A stretch of 57,551 nucleotides of DNA, counting the filler, from Jimgerdemannia flammicorona (Eukaryota), in NCBI GenBank assembly GCA_003990765.1. It is 3 parts of 3 records of this genome, joined end to end, with 100 filler letters (N's around TTAATTAATTAA, not from the genome) between each part and the next. Parts side by side here need not be neighbours in the genome. Positions count along the whole stretch, not along the records: positions 19,223 to 38,339 come from RBNJ01002024.1; positions 38,440 to 57,551 come from RBNJ01002025.1; 1 more part is not named here. One strand, 5' to 3'. Position numbers and translations under genes: made by a program. The notes below the pieces were generated by a model, which was not told where the DNA came from, made no database searches, and saw only the letters and a program-made list of their open reading frames with translations. Below are positions 38,216 through 49,237 of the stretch, one piece after another; within the stretch, counting starts at the first letter, position 1; each line of letters starts with the position of its first letter.

Positions 38216-38339
38216 CTGGGGAGGGGTTAAAAAAAAAGGGAGACGAGTGCGGGGGATTTCGGAACCCACCCTTCGCCAGTGTTGCAGTATACCCAATTCC
38301 CGTCCAAACCCCCCTCCTTGCTTTTTTCGCCCCCTCTTC

Positions 38340-38439
38340 NNNNNNNNNNNNNNNNNNNNNNNNNNNNNNNNNNNNNNNNNNNNTTAATTAATTAANNNNN
38401 NNNNNNNNNNNNNNNNNNNNNNNNNNNNNNNNNNNNNNN
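38340..38439. other. Artificial contig spacer
   Basis: 44 N + TTAATTAATTAA + 44 N. Confidence 0.95.
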
Positions 38440-41400
38440 TTTTTTTTCTTAAAGTCTACAACTCTACAGTAAGATCTGCTAACTTTATTTGCAATATCTG
38501 ATTGAGATAAAGAAAGACTGAAGAATAATTCAAGGTATATCTTTGGTGGTTAAGCTATTGAGTCAATATATTATATATATAATTGAGGTCTAAAAAGAAA
38601 CTGAAGCAAGCCTTTATAAGTATTCTTATATGACTCAACTATATATAACTCAATCTTTTTTTAAATTTTTTTTTATCTAAACTTGTATATGACTCATAAC
38701 TCAAACCATAATCTATCCTCAGATCAAGGCTCAGTTCTACTGTAAGGAGAAATTTAAAGTAACCTAAGTTTGATCATATCTAGCTTCTGATAATTTAAAG
38801 AAGTTTAAGAGCAAGTTATTTAATATAAGTAACACTAGCTTAACTATTAAGACTTAAAGAAGTTCACTAAAATAACTGCTTATCTGAAAGATATAGTGAA
38901 GAAAATCAGAGAAAGAGACCATTACTCAGTTTAGCAGTTTGCTACTACTATAGATAAGAGAGAAACCTACTATACTTATAGAAAAGAAGACCACTACTCC
39001 TACAAATATATAAGTAAGATCAAGTATAAGACCTAGCTAAATAATATTACTAAGAACCATAAATAGACTAATACTATCATCTTTAAAGAGATTGGTAATT
39101 TGGAGAAAGAAAAAGAATGAAAAACTTATCTAGCCCTCATCTCTAAGAAAGATATTTACCAGAAACTCTATAGGAGGCCTCAAGAAGAAAGCAGTAGAAT
39201 AACCTATAGAAGGACAAGTAGAAGTATCTACAGAAATTGAAACTGTAGCTAAAAAAATAGATCAAAATATGGAACTCAAACAAGTAGTTAAAGATATTAT
39301 CTGAGGCAATACTCCTGTCAGTAAAGAAGAGAAGAAGAAACTGTGAAAGAACAAGACTAATTCCACTAGTATATTGTAAATAGCTCAGAGAGAAAATCAA
39401 GTAGATAGAAGAAGCCAGTATCATCAAAGAGGCCATTAGCCCCTGGTTTTCACCAATTGTATCAGCTCTAAAGAAAAGAAAGTAAGCTAGAAAAATTTAC
39501 CTCAAGACTCTATATAGATTACAGAAAACTCAATAAAATTACTAAGAAGAATTACTAATTATTACCTCTCATCAGTAATATCCTAATGATACTATATAAG
39601 AGATGAAGTATAATACTATACTACCTTAGATTTATACTCAGAATTTTATCAAATCTATCTAATGTACTAAAGAAATAAGTGAAAAGTTAGCCTTTATTAC
39701 TCTAGATAAAATCTATGTCTATCTGTAAATATTATTCAGTATATAATATTCTAGTAAGTTTCTAGAGAATGATAAATAAGATCTTCTAAGAAGATATAGA
39801 AAAATAGATAATAGTCTATATAGATGATATAATTATCTATAGCAAGATAGCTAAAGAATATTTAAACTATATTTACTAAATTCTACAGAAACTGAGAGAT
39901 TATAGTCTATTTATCAAGCCAAAGAAGTATAAGTTCTGGGAAATTGAGATCTCCTACCTTAGATATATTATTAGTCAGAATAGAATCTATATAGACTCTA
40001 TCAAGATTCAAGTAGCTGAAGTCTATCCAAGACCACTATAGTTACTAAAGCTCAAGCCTTCATAGGACTCACTATCTATTATAGAAGATTTATTAAAGAA
40101 TTTTCCAACATTACAGATTCTATCTATGAATTGTTTAAAAAGAATACTAAGTTCCAATAGACTGATAGACAATAATAAGCCTTTGAGTATCTTAAGGTCT
40201 GTTTGACTCAGATACTCATCTTGAGGAGATCTGACTAGTCTTAAGAGTTTATTCTGTAGACAGATATAAGCTCAATTAGACTAGAGGCTATCCTTATATA
40301 AAAGAAGAATAAGGTCAAATATATGATTGTAGCTAAAGAACTCACAGAAGAGAAAGAGAATATAAATTCTATAAGCTAGAATATCTTGCAGTCATCAGAG
40401 CTATAGAAAAGTTCTACTACTACCTTGCTAGAAGATACTTCACTATTCTGACTAATTATTCAGCTCTTATCTAATTGTTGATTATATTCAACCCCAAAGA
40501 AATATTTATCAAATAGATTATATAACTATAAGTCTATAATATAACCATTATGCACTATCCAAAAAGAACCAATACTAATATAGATATACTCTTACAGATA
40601 CTCCAAAGAATCTAAAATCAGTAAAACTAAAATAAATGGATAGTAAAAGATACCTCAATATTTAAAAAAATAGATATAAATAATTATTAATAGAACTTAG
40701 AAATAATTTGAAACTAATAGAGAAATATTAAAGAAAGAAAAACTACTAGTTATACTAGAGTACAAAAAGGAATAAGTAATGAAATCAGTATATAAACTTG
40801 GTTACCTAGAAGGAATAAATATTTATAATAAAGTAAAAAGAACAATATAATAATCTGAAATAGAGAAAGATATCAGATAATTTGTCAAGACTTGTAACAA
40901 ATGCCAGAAATAGAAATAAGATTAATAAAACCAGATACCAAGATTAGTAGATATAGAACTAGTACTATTTACCTATATTATAATAGATGTACATAATTAG
41001 CCCACTACTCTTGATATTAACTAATAATTAATATATTATTATATATTATTATATATCTCTTATAAAATGGATAGAAGCAGAATCTCTTAAAGAAGTCAAT
41101 ATATAGTTAATTGCTGATTTCTTTTACAGAGATATTATCTATTAATTAAAGATATCAAAGGAAGTAACAATAGATAAAGAAATAGAATTTATAAACTAGT
41201 TCTTTGAGATTTTATATAAGAAGTATAAGATTCAGTATATTTGAACTACAGCTTATTATTTATAGGAAAATAGATAGACTGAAAGAACTAATAAGATACT
41301 CAAAATATTATTACTAAGATCTGTAATAACTATAAAAATTGAGACTACTTTCTGTCAATAGAATTATCTGCTCTCTAAGATATATAATTATAAAGTACTC

Positions 41401-41967
41401 ATTTTATCTCTCAAGAATTACTGTTTGAAGAAAAAAAGTTCTAAAGAAACCCTATTATTCAATAAAGATATAGTAAAGAAATATATAAATATATACTAAG
41501 ATATAGAGATTGTATCAAAAAATAAAGAAGGCTAAAGATTATATAATTAAGATATAAATATTATAACAGAATAATACAAAGAAGATCTATAAACCTCTGA
41601 AGATTATTAAGATAGGAGATAAAGTTTTAGTATATCAGAATATGATAAAAGCTTTATAATTACAAAAACTAGAGCTCAAGTGAGAAGAATCTTATATTGT
41701 ACAAAATATAAAAAAAAATTACCTTTTGACTATAAAAACTATTAAATATAATCATCTTTACTACTATCTATTGAACTAACTCAAGATGTATAATAGCTAA
41801 CTAATGAAGTAATATTCTTGTCCTTAAGATTATAAGTATTGCTCAGTAAGCTATAGAAAGACAATAGTATTCTACTAAGTTACCAGCTATAGAGAAATTC
41901 TTTGATAATATTCAAAGTATTGTGCAGACTCACTTATATATTATAAATTTTATACTTTAAAGCCTAT
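38440..41967 (+). mobile_element. Ty3/Gypsy copy 2, extremely AT-decayed, apparently lacking protease/dUTPase
   Basis: Decayed gag knuckle YYTYRKEDHYSYKY (=CxxCxxxGHxxxxC) at 38968-39009. RT from ~39380 (SPWFSPIV, YIDD ~39817), then RNaseH and IN colinear with copy 1. Confidence 0.82.
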
Positions 41968-44900
41968 TGTAATATAGCAGATATATAACTATAAGTATGT
42001 CAGATTTCTGTATCTTGAAAACTTGATCTTCTTTGATTATACAGATTCCTCAGAATGTAGGAGTGGGTGAGTTTGAAGTATATCTGCCTGCAGGCTTACT
42101 AGTTCCTTTATTTTCTCTTTTCTTTAAACTATTTCAATCTGAGGTTTATTTACTCTAGATATTAGAGATATTTATATAAGTTTGCTAGCTATAAGGTGGC
42201 TAAGTTATGACTATATTTCTTATAAGTTATTTTCTACAAGTATAGATTCTCTACATCTATGAAATCTCTATAATTGTAAAGATTCTACATTTTTAGAATT
42301 TCTATATTTGTAAAGTTTCTATATTTATAAAAATATAACTGCTATTTGCAAGAATATACTATATTTGAGAATCAGATTCAGGTACTACAATCAAATATCT
42401 ATTTATCTGATTTATATTACTAATTTGGATCAATTATCACAACTTCCTTCTAAATAGGTGATTTATCCCTGAAACATCCTATTCACTTGAACTCTCAAGT
42501 CTCTATAAGTTGTATCTCCTTATACTATACAATTTATACTATTATATTCTCTTAATGATATCTTTTAACTTATATAAAGTCTCTTAGAACTACTTTCCAA
42601 AAGTAAGCTAGAGATGACTCATTCTTCTTAAATAACTTGTGTACTTATTTTATAATAGTGATCTGAATGTGAGAGAGCTGGCACTTTCTAATCCAATCTT
42701 CTTTTCCTATCTCTGACTATAAATTCAGTAGCTATCCTAACTTGAAGTATTCTTGAAGCTCTATTCAATTCTGGTAGACCTTAAAGTGTGAAATTCATAA
42801 CAGATGTATCTGTACTATACTTTGGATACTGTCAAAGGATTCTTCTATTATAGATAGCTCAGTAGTACACTATTGTCTTTCTATGGCTTATTGTGTAGCA
42901 CTAGTGATCTTGAGAACTGTGGCCATATTTCATTGACTAGTCATGATACTTCTTGAGTCAGTTTTGGTAAATAGTAGTGGGGATGATTGTGTCTAAGAGT
43001 TTTTATAACTAAAAGATAATTCCTTTTATATCTTGCACAAGGTAAGATCCTTCTCACTTAGACTCTAATTTTCATAACTATAAAGCTTCTACTATATTCT
43101 GATATATTAGAACTTTATCTCCTATCTTGATAATCTCTAAAGGCTTATAAATCTTTTCTATATTATTCTATTGTAGTGCCTATATCTTGATTATATAATT
43201 CTCAGCCTTCTTTCTGATTTGGTATAGTCTCTATATCTCTATATCTATATATTTCCATATAGTATCTCTATTAGATAATAAGATTTTCTGAGAACTTTCT
43301 TCTCTGAACAGTATCTCTCAAGGGGTAAAATGGGTACTTTGTAATCAGATGCCTTAGAGAGCAGATAATGCTATTGGCAGATAGTGATCTCAGTTTTATA
43401 GCTATCACAGATCTTGGTAATAACATTCTTGAGAGTCTTATTGGTTCTCTCTACTTATCCATTTCTCTGAGAGTAATAGGCTGTAGTCTGAATATACTGG
43501 ATCTTATACTTCTTGTAGAGAATCTCAAAGAACTGGTTCACAAATTCTATTCCTCTATCTGTAGTTACTTATGTTGGGGTCTTGAATCAGCAGGTAATTT
43601 CTTTGTAGAAGAAATCTATAATTAATTATATATTGGCTTCTTTAAGAGATCCTGCCTCTATCTATTTTATAAAAAGATCTACAATGATAATGATGTATTG
43701 GTTGCCAGTTAATATCAAGAGTAGAGGACTAATTATATCTATTATAATATGTATAAAGGGTACTGATTCTATATATACTGATTCTGGAATCTGATTTTGT
43801 TGGTCTTGTTTCTGTTTCTAGCATTTGTCACAGGTCTTGACAAATTATCTAATGTCTTCTTCTATTTCTGGCCACTACATTGTTCTTTTTACTTTATTAT
43901 AGATATTTGTTCCTCCTAGTTGGCCAAGTTTGTATACTGATTTCATTGCTAGCTCCTTCTTGTGTTCAGATATAACTAGTAGCTTTTCTTTCTTTAGTAT
44001 TTCTCTATCAGTCTCAAATTATTTCCATATTCTGTTAATAATCATTTGTATCTATTCTTTCAGATGTTAGGACATCTTTTGCTGTTCCAGGTAGGTAATA
44101 ATTCTATAATAGAGTTCTTTATTCATGGTTGATTTACTGGTTGAGTGTTCTTCAGAGTGTCTATAAGAGAGTATCTGCATTGACATTGGTTCTTTCAGAG
44201 TAGTATATGATAGTTATATTATAGGCTTGTAACTTCATAATCTATCTGATATAGATTCCAGTAGTCAGTAGTCAAGTAAGAGCAGAGTGGTCTGTTTAGA
44301 TAGTGAAGTGTCTTCCTATAAGATAGTAGTAGAACTTCTCTATAGTCTAGATAACTGCAAGATATTCCAACTTATAGGATTAATACTCTTTTTCAGCTCC
44401 TTGAGTTTCTTGGCTAAAATATGCAATAACATATTTTACTTTATCTTTCTTTTAGGCCAGAATAGCTCCTAGACCTTGGGTACTTATATCTGTCTACAGA
44501 ATAAATTCTTGAGTCTAATTGGATCTTCTAAGGATAGGTGCTTGGATCAGCCTGATCTTGAGCTTATCAAATACTTTCTGTTGTCTGCTGGTCTATTGGA
44601 ACTTAATATTCTTTTTGTTGAGTTTGTAGATTGGACCTGCAATGTTGGAGAATTCTCTAATAAATCTGCAGTAATATAAGATGAGTTTCATGAAGGCTTA
44701 AACTTTAGTGATAGTAGTGGGCCTTGGGTATATCACTACTGCTTGAATCTTGAGAGGATCTGTATGTATATATTCTATCTCAGTTAATGATGTGACCAAG
44801 GTAGAAAATCTTGATTTCTATAAACTTGCACTTTTTGGACTTGATATATAGACCATGCTTCCTTAGCTTTTTCATTATCTACTAGATATACTACAGATGT

Positions 44901-45772
44901 TCTTTGGCTGTCTTATTGTAGATAATAACATTATCTATATAAACCATCATCTATCTTCCCATATCATAGTAGAAGATTTTATTCATCATTCACTGAAAGC
45001 TTACTGGTATATTATATGTATATTCCAAATGATATTTACAAATAGACATAGGTTCTGTCTGAGATGATGAAGGCTGATTTTTCACTTACTACTTCAGTGA
45101 GACTAATCTGGTAGAATTCTGAGTATAAATCTAAGATACTATAGTACTGTACTTTATCTCTCAGAGTTACAAGAATATCACTAATAAGGAGCAGTAGTTA
45201 GTGATTCTTCTTTATAGCCAGATTGAGCTTCCTGTAATCAGTGCAGAGTCTTGGGGCAAATTCTTCTAGTTTGCTTTCTTTTTTCAGACCAATATGACTA
45301 GTAAAGCCCAAGAACTGCTGGTTTCTTTGATGATACTGACTTCTTCCATCTGCTTGATTTCTTCTCTGAGTTATTCATGATAGGCTAACAGAATTGGTCT
45401 TACTTTTTGATAGATTGGTTTAGTGTCTCCTGTATCTATATTATAATAGTAGTATAGAGTCTTTTTCTTGATATCCTTGAAGTCTGTGGCTAGAACATCT
45501 TCAAATTTGTAAAGTATCTTCTTGAGTTCCTTCTTGAGCAGGAATTTATCTCTAATAGTATAGCTATACTTATTTGTGATTTCCTCCTTCTTGTGATCTA
45601 GTTTGGTAATCTTAGTACTAGTAAATACTCCTCTTCTAGTTGATCTAAATCCTTTTCTTTCTCTTTCCATTTACTCCAACTTCTTTACTTCTATGATCTT
45701 TGGCTGAAAAACTAGGAAGATCAACATTTGCACTAATCAGTCCTTCTTCTTGATTGAAAATGGAATTATAGG
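41968..45772 (-). mobile_element. Ty3/Gypsy copy 3 (dUTPase C-terminus, RT, RNaseH, IN, 3' region), degenerate
   Basis: Reverse-complement match to copy 1 (ORF 45371-45670 MERERKGFRSTRRGVFTSTKITKLDH). Truncated at 45772 by a hAT-type TIR. Confidence 0.88.
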
Positions 45773-45960
45773 TAGTGCTCTGATTGAGTCAGGAAATTCA
45801 AACCTAATTCAAATTTACCAACCATATGTCAGATTCAAGCCAGTTCAAATTCATCATATGATAAATTTGAATCAATTCAAATTTAAATTTGATATCTAAT
45901 AAGTTCAGATCAGTTTGAACCTAATCAAACTAGCTTAAATTCATCTCAGAAGCCAGAATC
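45773..45960 (+). mobile_element. hAT-type TIR with subterminal ttcaaat repeats
   Basis: tagtgctctgattgagtc resembles the TIRs at 33577 and 48157 and cuts the Gypsy dUTPase. Predicted TSD attatagg. Partner TIR not found. Confidence 0.7.
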
Positions 45961-46155
45961 TCAGTAAATTTTTCAGATGACAAATCAAACTGAATTAGAA
46001 GTCAGCTAGTACAAATTAACAAGCCTACAAAAAAAGACAATTCTTTGGTAGAAAAAAAAATCTAAAAAAGGGACACTATATCTGTTCAAATATTCAAAAA
46101 CTAAGACATAATATGAAAATCAGTTACCAAATATATAAAATATCTACAGATTTTT

Positions 46156-46590
46156 TTACTCTTCTAAGTTTTCAAAAAATTTATTATAGTAGCATATAGC
46201 TTTCAAGGTTCTGTGACAAATACTTAGAGATAAACTGTTCAAAACTTCTCTATCTCTAATAACTGTTGAACTATATAGTTGATTTAAGTAAAACACTATT
46301 ATATATTAGACTCTAGCAGAACTCCAATACTATAAGCCAAATTATAGAATAAGCCCCCAGATTTTGAGGTATACTGTTCTTTATATTTGATGATATAGAG
46401 TAAAACAGATATTATATCTTAATTAGTATAAGTAGGAGAGCTTATATATTGGCCAAAAAATATATTGCTGACTTTTGCTACATTTTGCTCAAACTGAAAT
46501 TCTCCAAGTCTAAAATGTATCCTAGATTGACCCAGATTCATCTGACCTCTATCTATTCCAGATAATTTCAAAGCTGATGAAGATACTAGT
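46156..46590 (-). pseudogene. Decayed homolog of the TET/JBP-like catalytic exon
   Basis: LSGIDRGQ..AKVSNIFFGQYISSPTYTN*DIISVLLYI..SGGLFYNLAYSIGVLLESN/IVFYLNQLYSST..RTLKA aligns nearly ungapped with LPGLDQGQ..AHVTSGYVGHNLSLPTHTDNNVTRVMFYV..SGGVWYDLTYSFGVPFAAN..ILFQPHDHHST..RLIKA. One stop and one frameshift. Confidence 0.8.
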
Positions 46591-46644
46591 ATCAAAGTTA
46601 AAATCTCTAACACTGAATATAAGAGGGTTACTTTTTAGAGTAAC

Positions 46645-49133
46645 TATTACATAGTTCTGGAAGGGTTTTCTAGAAGTTCTGAATATTCTGGAAGACTGTT
46701 TTCTTATGGTCAAGATCAATTTTGTATGGAGTATGTCCTCTATGCTTATTGATTTCAAGATCGGGTTGACATCTCAACCAAAGTCCTTTTTTGGACTAGT
46801 TCTGAATGTTCAGGATTTTCTATATTTCAGAAAGTTCAAAAAACTAAGACCAGCTTAGTTGAATTGGCATATCACTATAGACAATACCCAATTAGGAAAT
46901 TTTATAATGGGGTTAGGAGTGGGATCTAGCAGGGAGCAGATTTACTTAAGAGTGATTTGTGAGTTATTAAATAGGTTTATTTGCTATTCATGATATTGCT
47001 ATACTAGGAGTAGTTGTATGAAGGGATATTTGTGAGGAAGTGTTCAAGAATGTTCTTGTGTATTTGAGTCTATTCAAGTCTGAGATTCTGAGGTCTGGGG
47101 GAGGGGGTATTTATACTAGTGAGGGGCTATCTGGACTATGCTAGATATAGATATAGCACTAAGTGCCTTACTGAGTCAGAATACAGTTATATAGTACAAG
47201 TGTGATCTGATATGTCAAGAGATCATCTGACTACTGAGTCAGTTCACAGTTACATCATACAAGGCTAATCTAACTATACTATGACTGCTAAGCTATTTAT
47301 AGGTTTAGGCACTGTCTGGGTAGTCTTCAATGATATTATCATCAATGATATTATCTCTAATAAAGTAGTCATCTAGGAAGAGTGGTTTGCAGATTACTTC
47401 TCCTTATTTGCTGAGGTAGTAATACATTGGGACTTCATCACCATCCTATAGGATAGTATCATCTGTCTCATATGCTGGATAAGGTATTGATGGACAAAGG
47501 AGGGGTGCATTGTTTTCACTTTCATCAGATTTGCTGTCTGCATATCTTCTATAGGTTATAGCACTATTATAGTAAGCTGGTGGCTGTGGCTCATATTGCT
47601 CATACTCAGATGGTGGAGTGGTTGGTTCGATCTTGAGGGTTGTCTGAAGGTATAGATTGTATTCTCCAGTCTCTTCATTATAGTTGAAGTAATCAGGAGT
47701 GAATATGAGTTAGTATTCATGTCAGTGGTCATTGTCTCAATAAGTCTCGTAGGTGGTTATGAACTATTGTAAGTTCATTGGCAGGGTTGGCAGAGTGATC
47801 AGGGTTGGCAGAGATTCTTGGCTTGAGGTCATATCAGCATCAGAGGGATTATTGTCTTCTGCTTCATCTTCATCAAACCAGATTATATTATAGATGTCCT
47901 TCATGGCATATCTGACTTGAGACATTTGTAGGATATGGTCGTCAGGATGGGGGAAGGTTCTGTCTGTGGTCTGAATGTATTTGAGATATTTGTGGTTGAG
48001 TTCTTGTATCATATTGTTGATTTGGCCATAGGATAGAGTAGTAACCATTTCACTGGTGGTAACTCAGAGGTAGGGAATAAAGGTACTATACTTGTAGAAG
48101 AGTTCTCTATGTTTGCAGGCAATGAGTTTCTGGTATTGAGACATCTGGGTAATATCTAGTGCTCCCAACGAATTGAATTGAATTGAATTTGGCCCAAACT
48201 CAATTCGATTCAATTGAATCAAGGGTCCAATTCGATTCGATTTGAATCGAATCAAAGGTCCAATTTGATTTTGAAGTTTGATTTGAACCTTAATTTTCAA
48301 AATGTAATAACTTGACGAAAACTCATCCAAATTTAACATATTTTAGCTTGTTAGATTCACCGTATTAATGTGATTCTAACAAGCTAAAGTATGTTAGATT
48401 TGGATGAGTTTACGCTGAGTTATTGCATTTTGAAAATTAGGGTTCGAATCAGACCCTCAATTTGATTCAACTTTTGATTCGATTTGAATTGATTTGAATT
48501 GAAAAATTCCCAATTTGATTCGACTCATTTAACCCTCAATTTGATTCGATTTGAATTGATTCAACTCATTTGGGAGCACTAGTAATATCTGTATTATGGT
48601 GGTATTTGACCATGTCTTTTAGGAGACAGCTAATCTGGTAGTAGCTTGAGATTTGTCTGATTTGGTGGGTCTTGTTAAGCATGTTCAGGGTGTTCCATCA
48701 GGCTTCCACAAAGTAGAGGGGTGCTAGGCTATGGATATTTATGAGGGGCAGAGGGAGTGTGGCTCAGTTGCCAATAGTATTCCAAATGTCAGTATGGATG
48801 TGGTTGTAGATCTCAGTAGTCATATTTGTATATGTTTGGAAGTTGTGGTTATTGTTTGTTTTGGTTCTTTGTTTCAACACATCTTGGTATCCAATATATA
48901 TGCATTTGGTCCTGATTGGTAAGATTCTGTTTGTGTGAATCTTGTGTTTTGTGACTTCATATTGACTCAGCTTTGTGTACTGTGACTTTGGTTTGACTCA
49001 GCTTTATAATTGTGCAGGTGATTTCCAGATTTGTTCAGAGGTCACGTGTGATTTTGGTGGCTTGTTCAGAGGGTGACATGTGATTTCTGTGACTTAGAGG
49101 TTATACACTTACACTGAAGTCAGAGATACCAAG
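46645..49133 (-). mobile_element. Probable LTR (~46645-47350) and 3' internal region of another retroelement, with unidentified decayed ORF(s)
   Basis: Minus-strand agtataaataccccc (~47110) and aataaa (~46978), CpG depletion, and broken reading frames (e.g. 47764-48048). No recognisable domain. Confidence 0.35.
48157..48581. mobile_element. hAT-family MITE (425 bp) with internal foldback
   Basis: Perfect 12-bp TIR tagtgctcccaa/ttgggagcacta, 8-bp TSD gtaatatc (48149-48156, 48582-48589), attcga/attgaa subterminal repeats and a central inverted repeat. Confidence 0.95.
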
Positions 49134-49237
49134 AATGCTAAGGATGCTAGGCTCGGACCTTTTACTGGTAACATTCGGGTGACATAAGACTCAAACAACA
49201 TCTTTTACAATGTTTTTGGTACCCGACGACTAACAAC

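Larger units (their letters stand above)
33577..38339 (+). mobile_element. hAT DNA transposon (left TIR seen, right TIR not reached before the gap; extent beyond 36.75 kb inferred)
   Basis: TIR tagtactccgaatgagtc at 33577 interrupts a LINE and is followed by a subterminal array and a transposase. Predicted 8-bp TSD is gctgtata (33569-33576). Confidence 0.75.

Noticed and set aside
37748..38230. 160-aa plus-strand ORF
   Set aside because: Antisense to the spliced dioxygenase-like gene, whose frame is supported by splice signals and homologous copies.
46860..46885. ...atcacta as the right TIR for the 45773 element
   Set aside because: Its reverse complement (tagtgatatg) matches poorly, the flank is not the expected attatagg TSD and the Gypsy does not resume.
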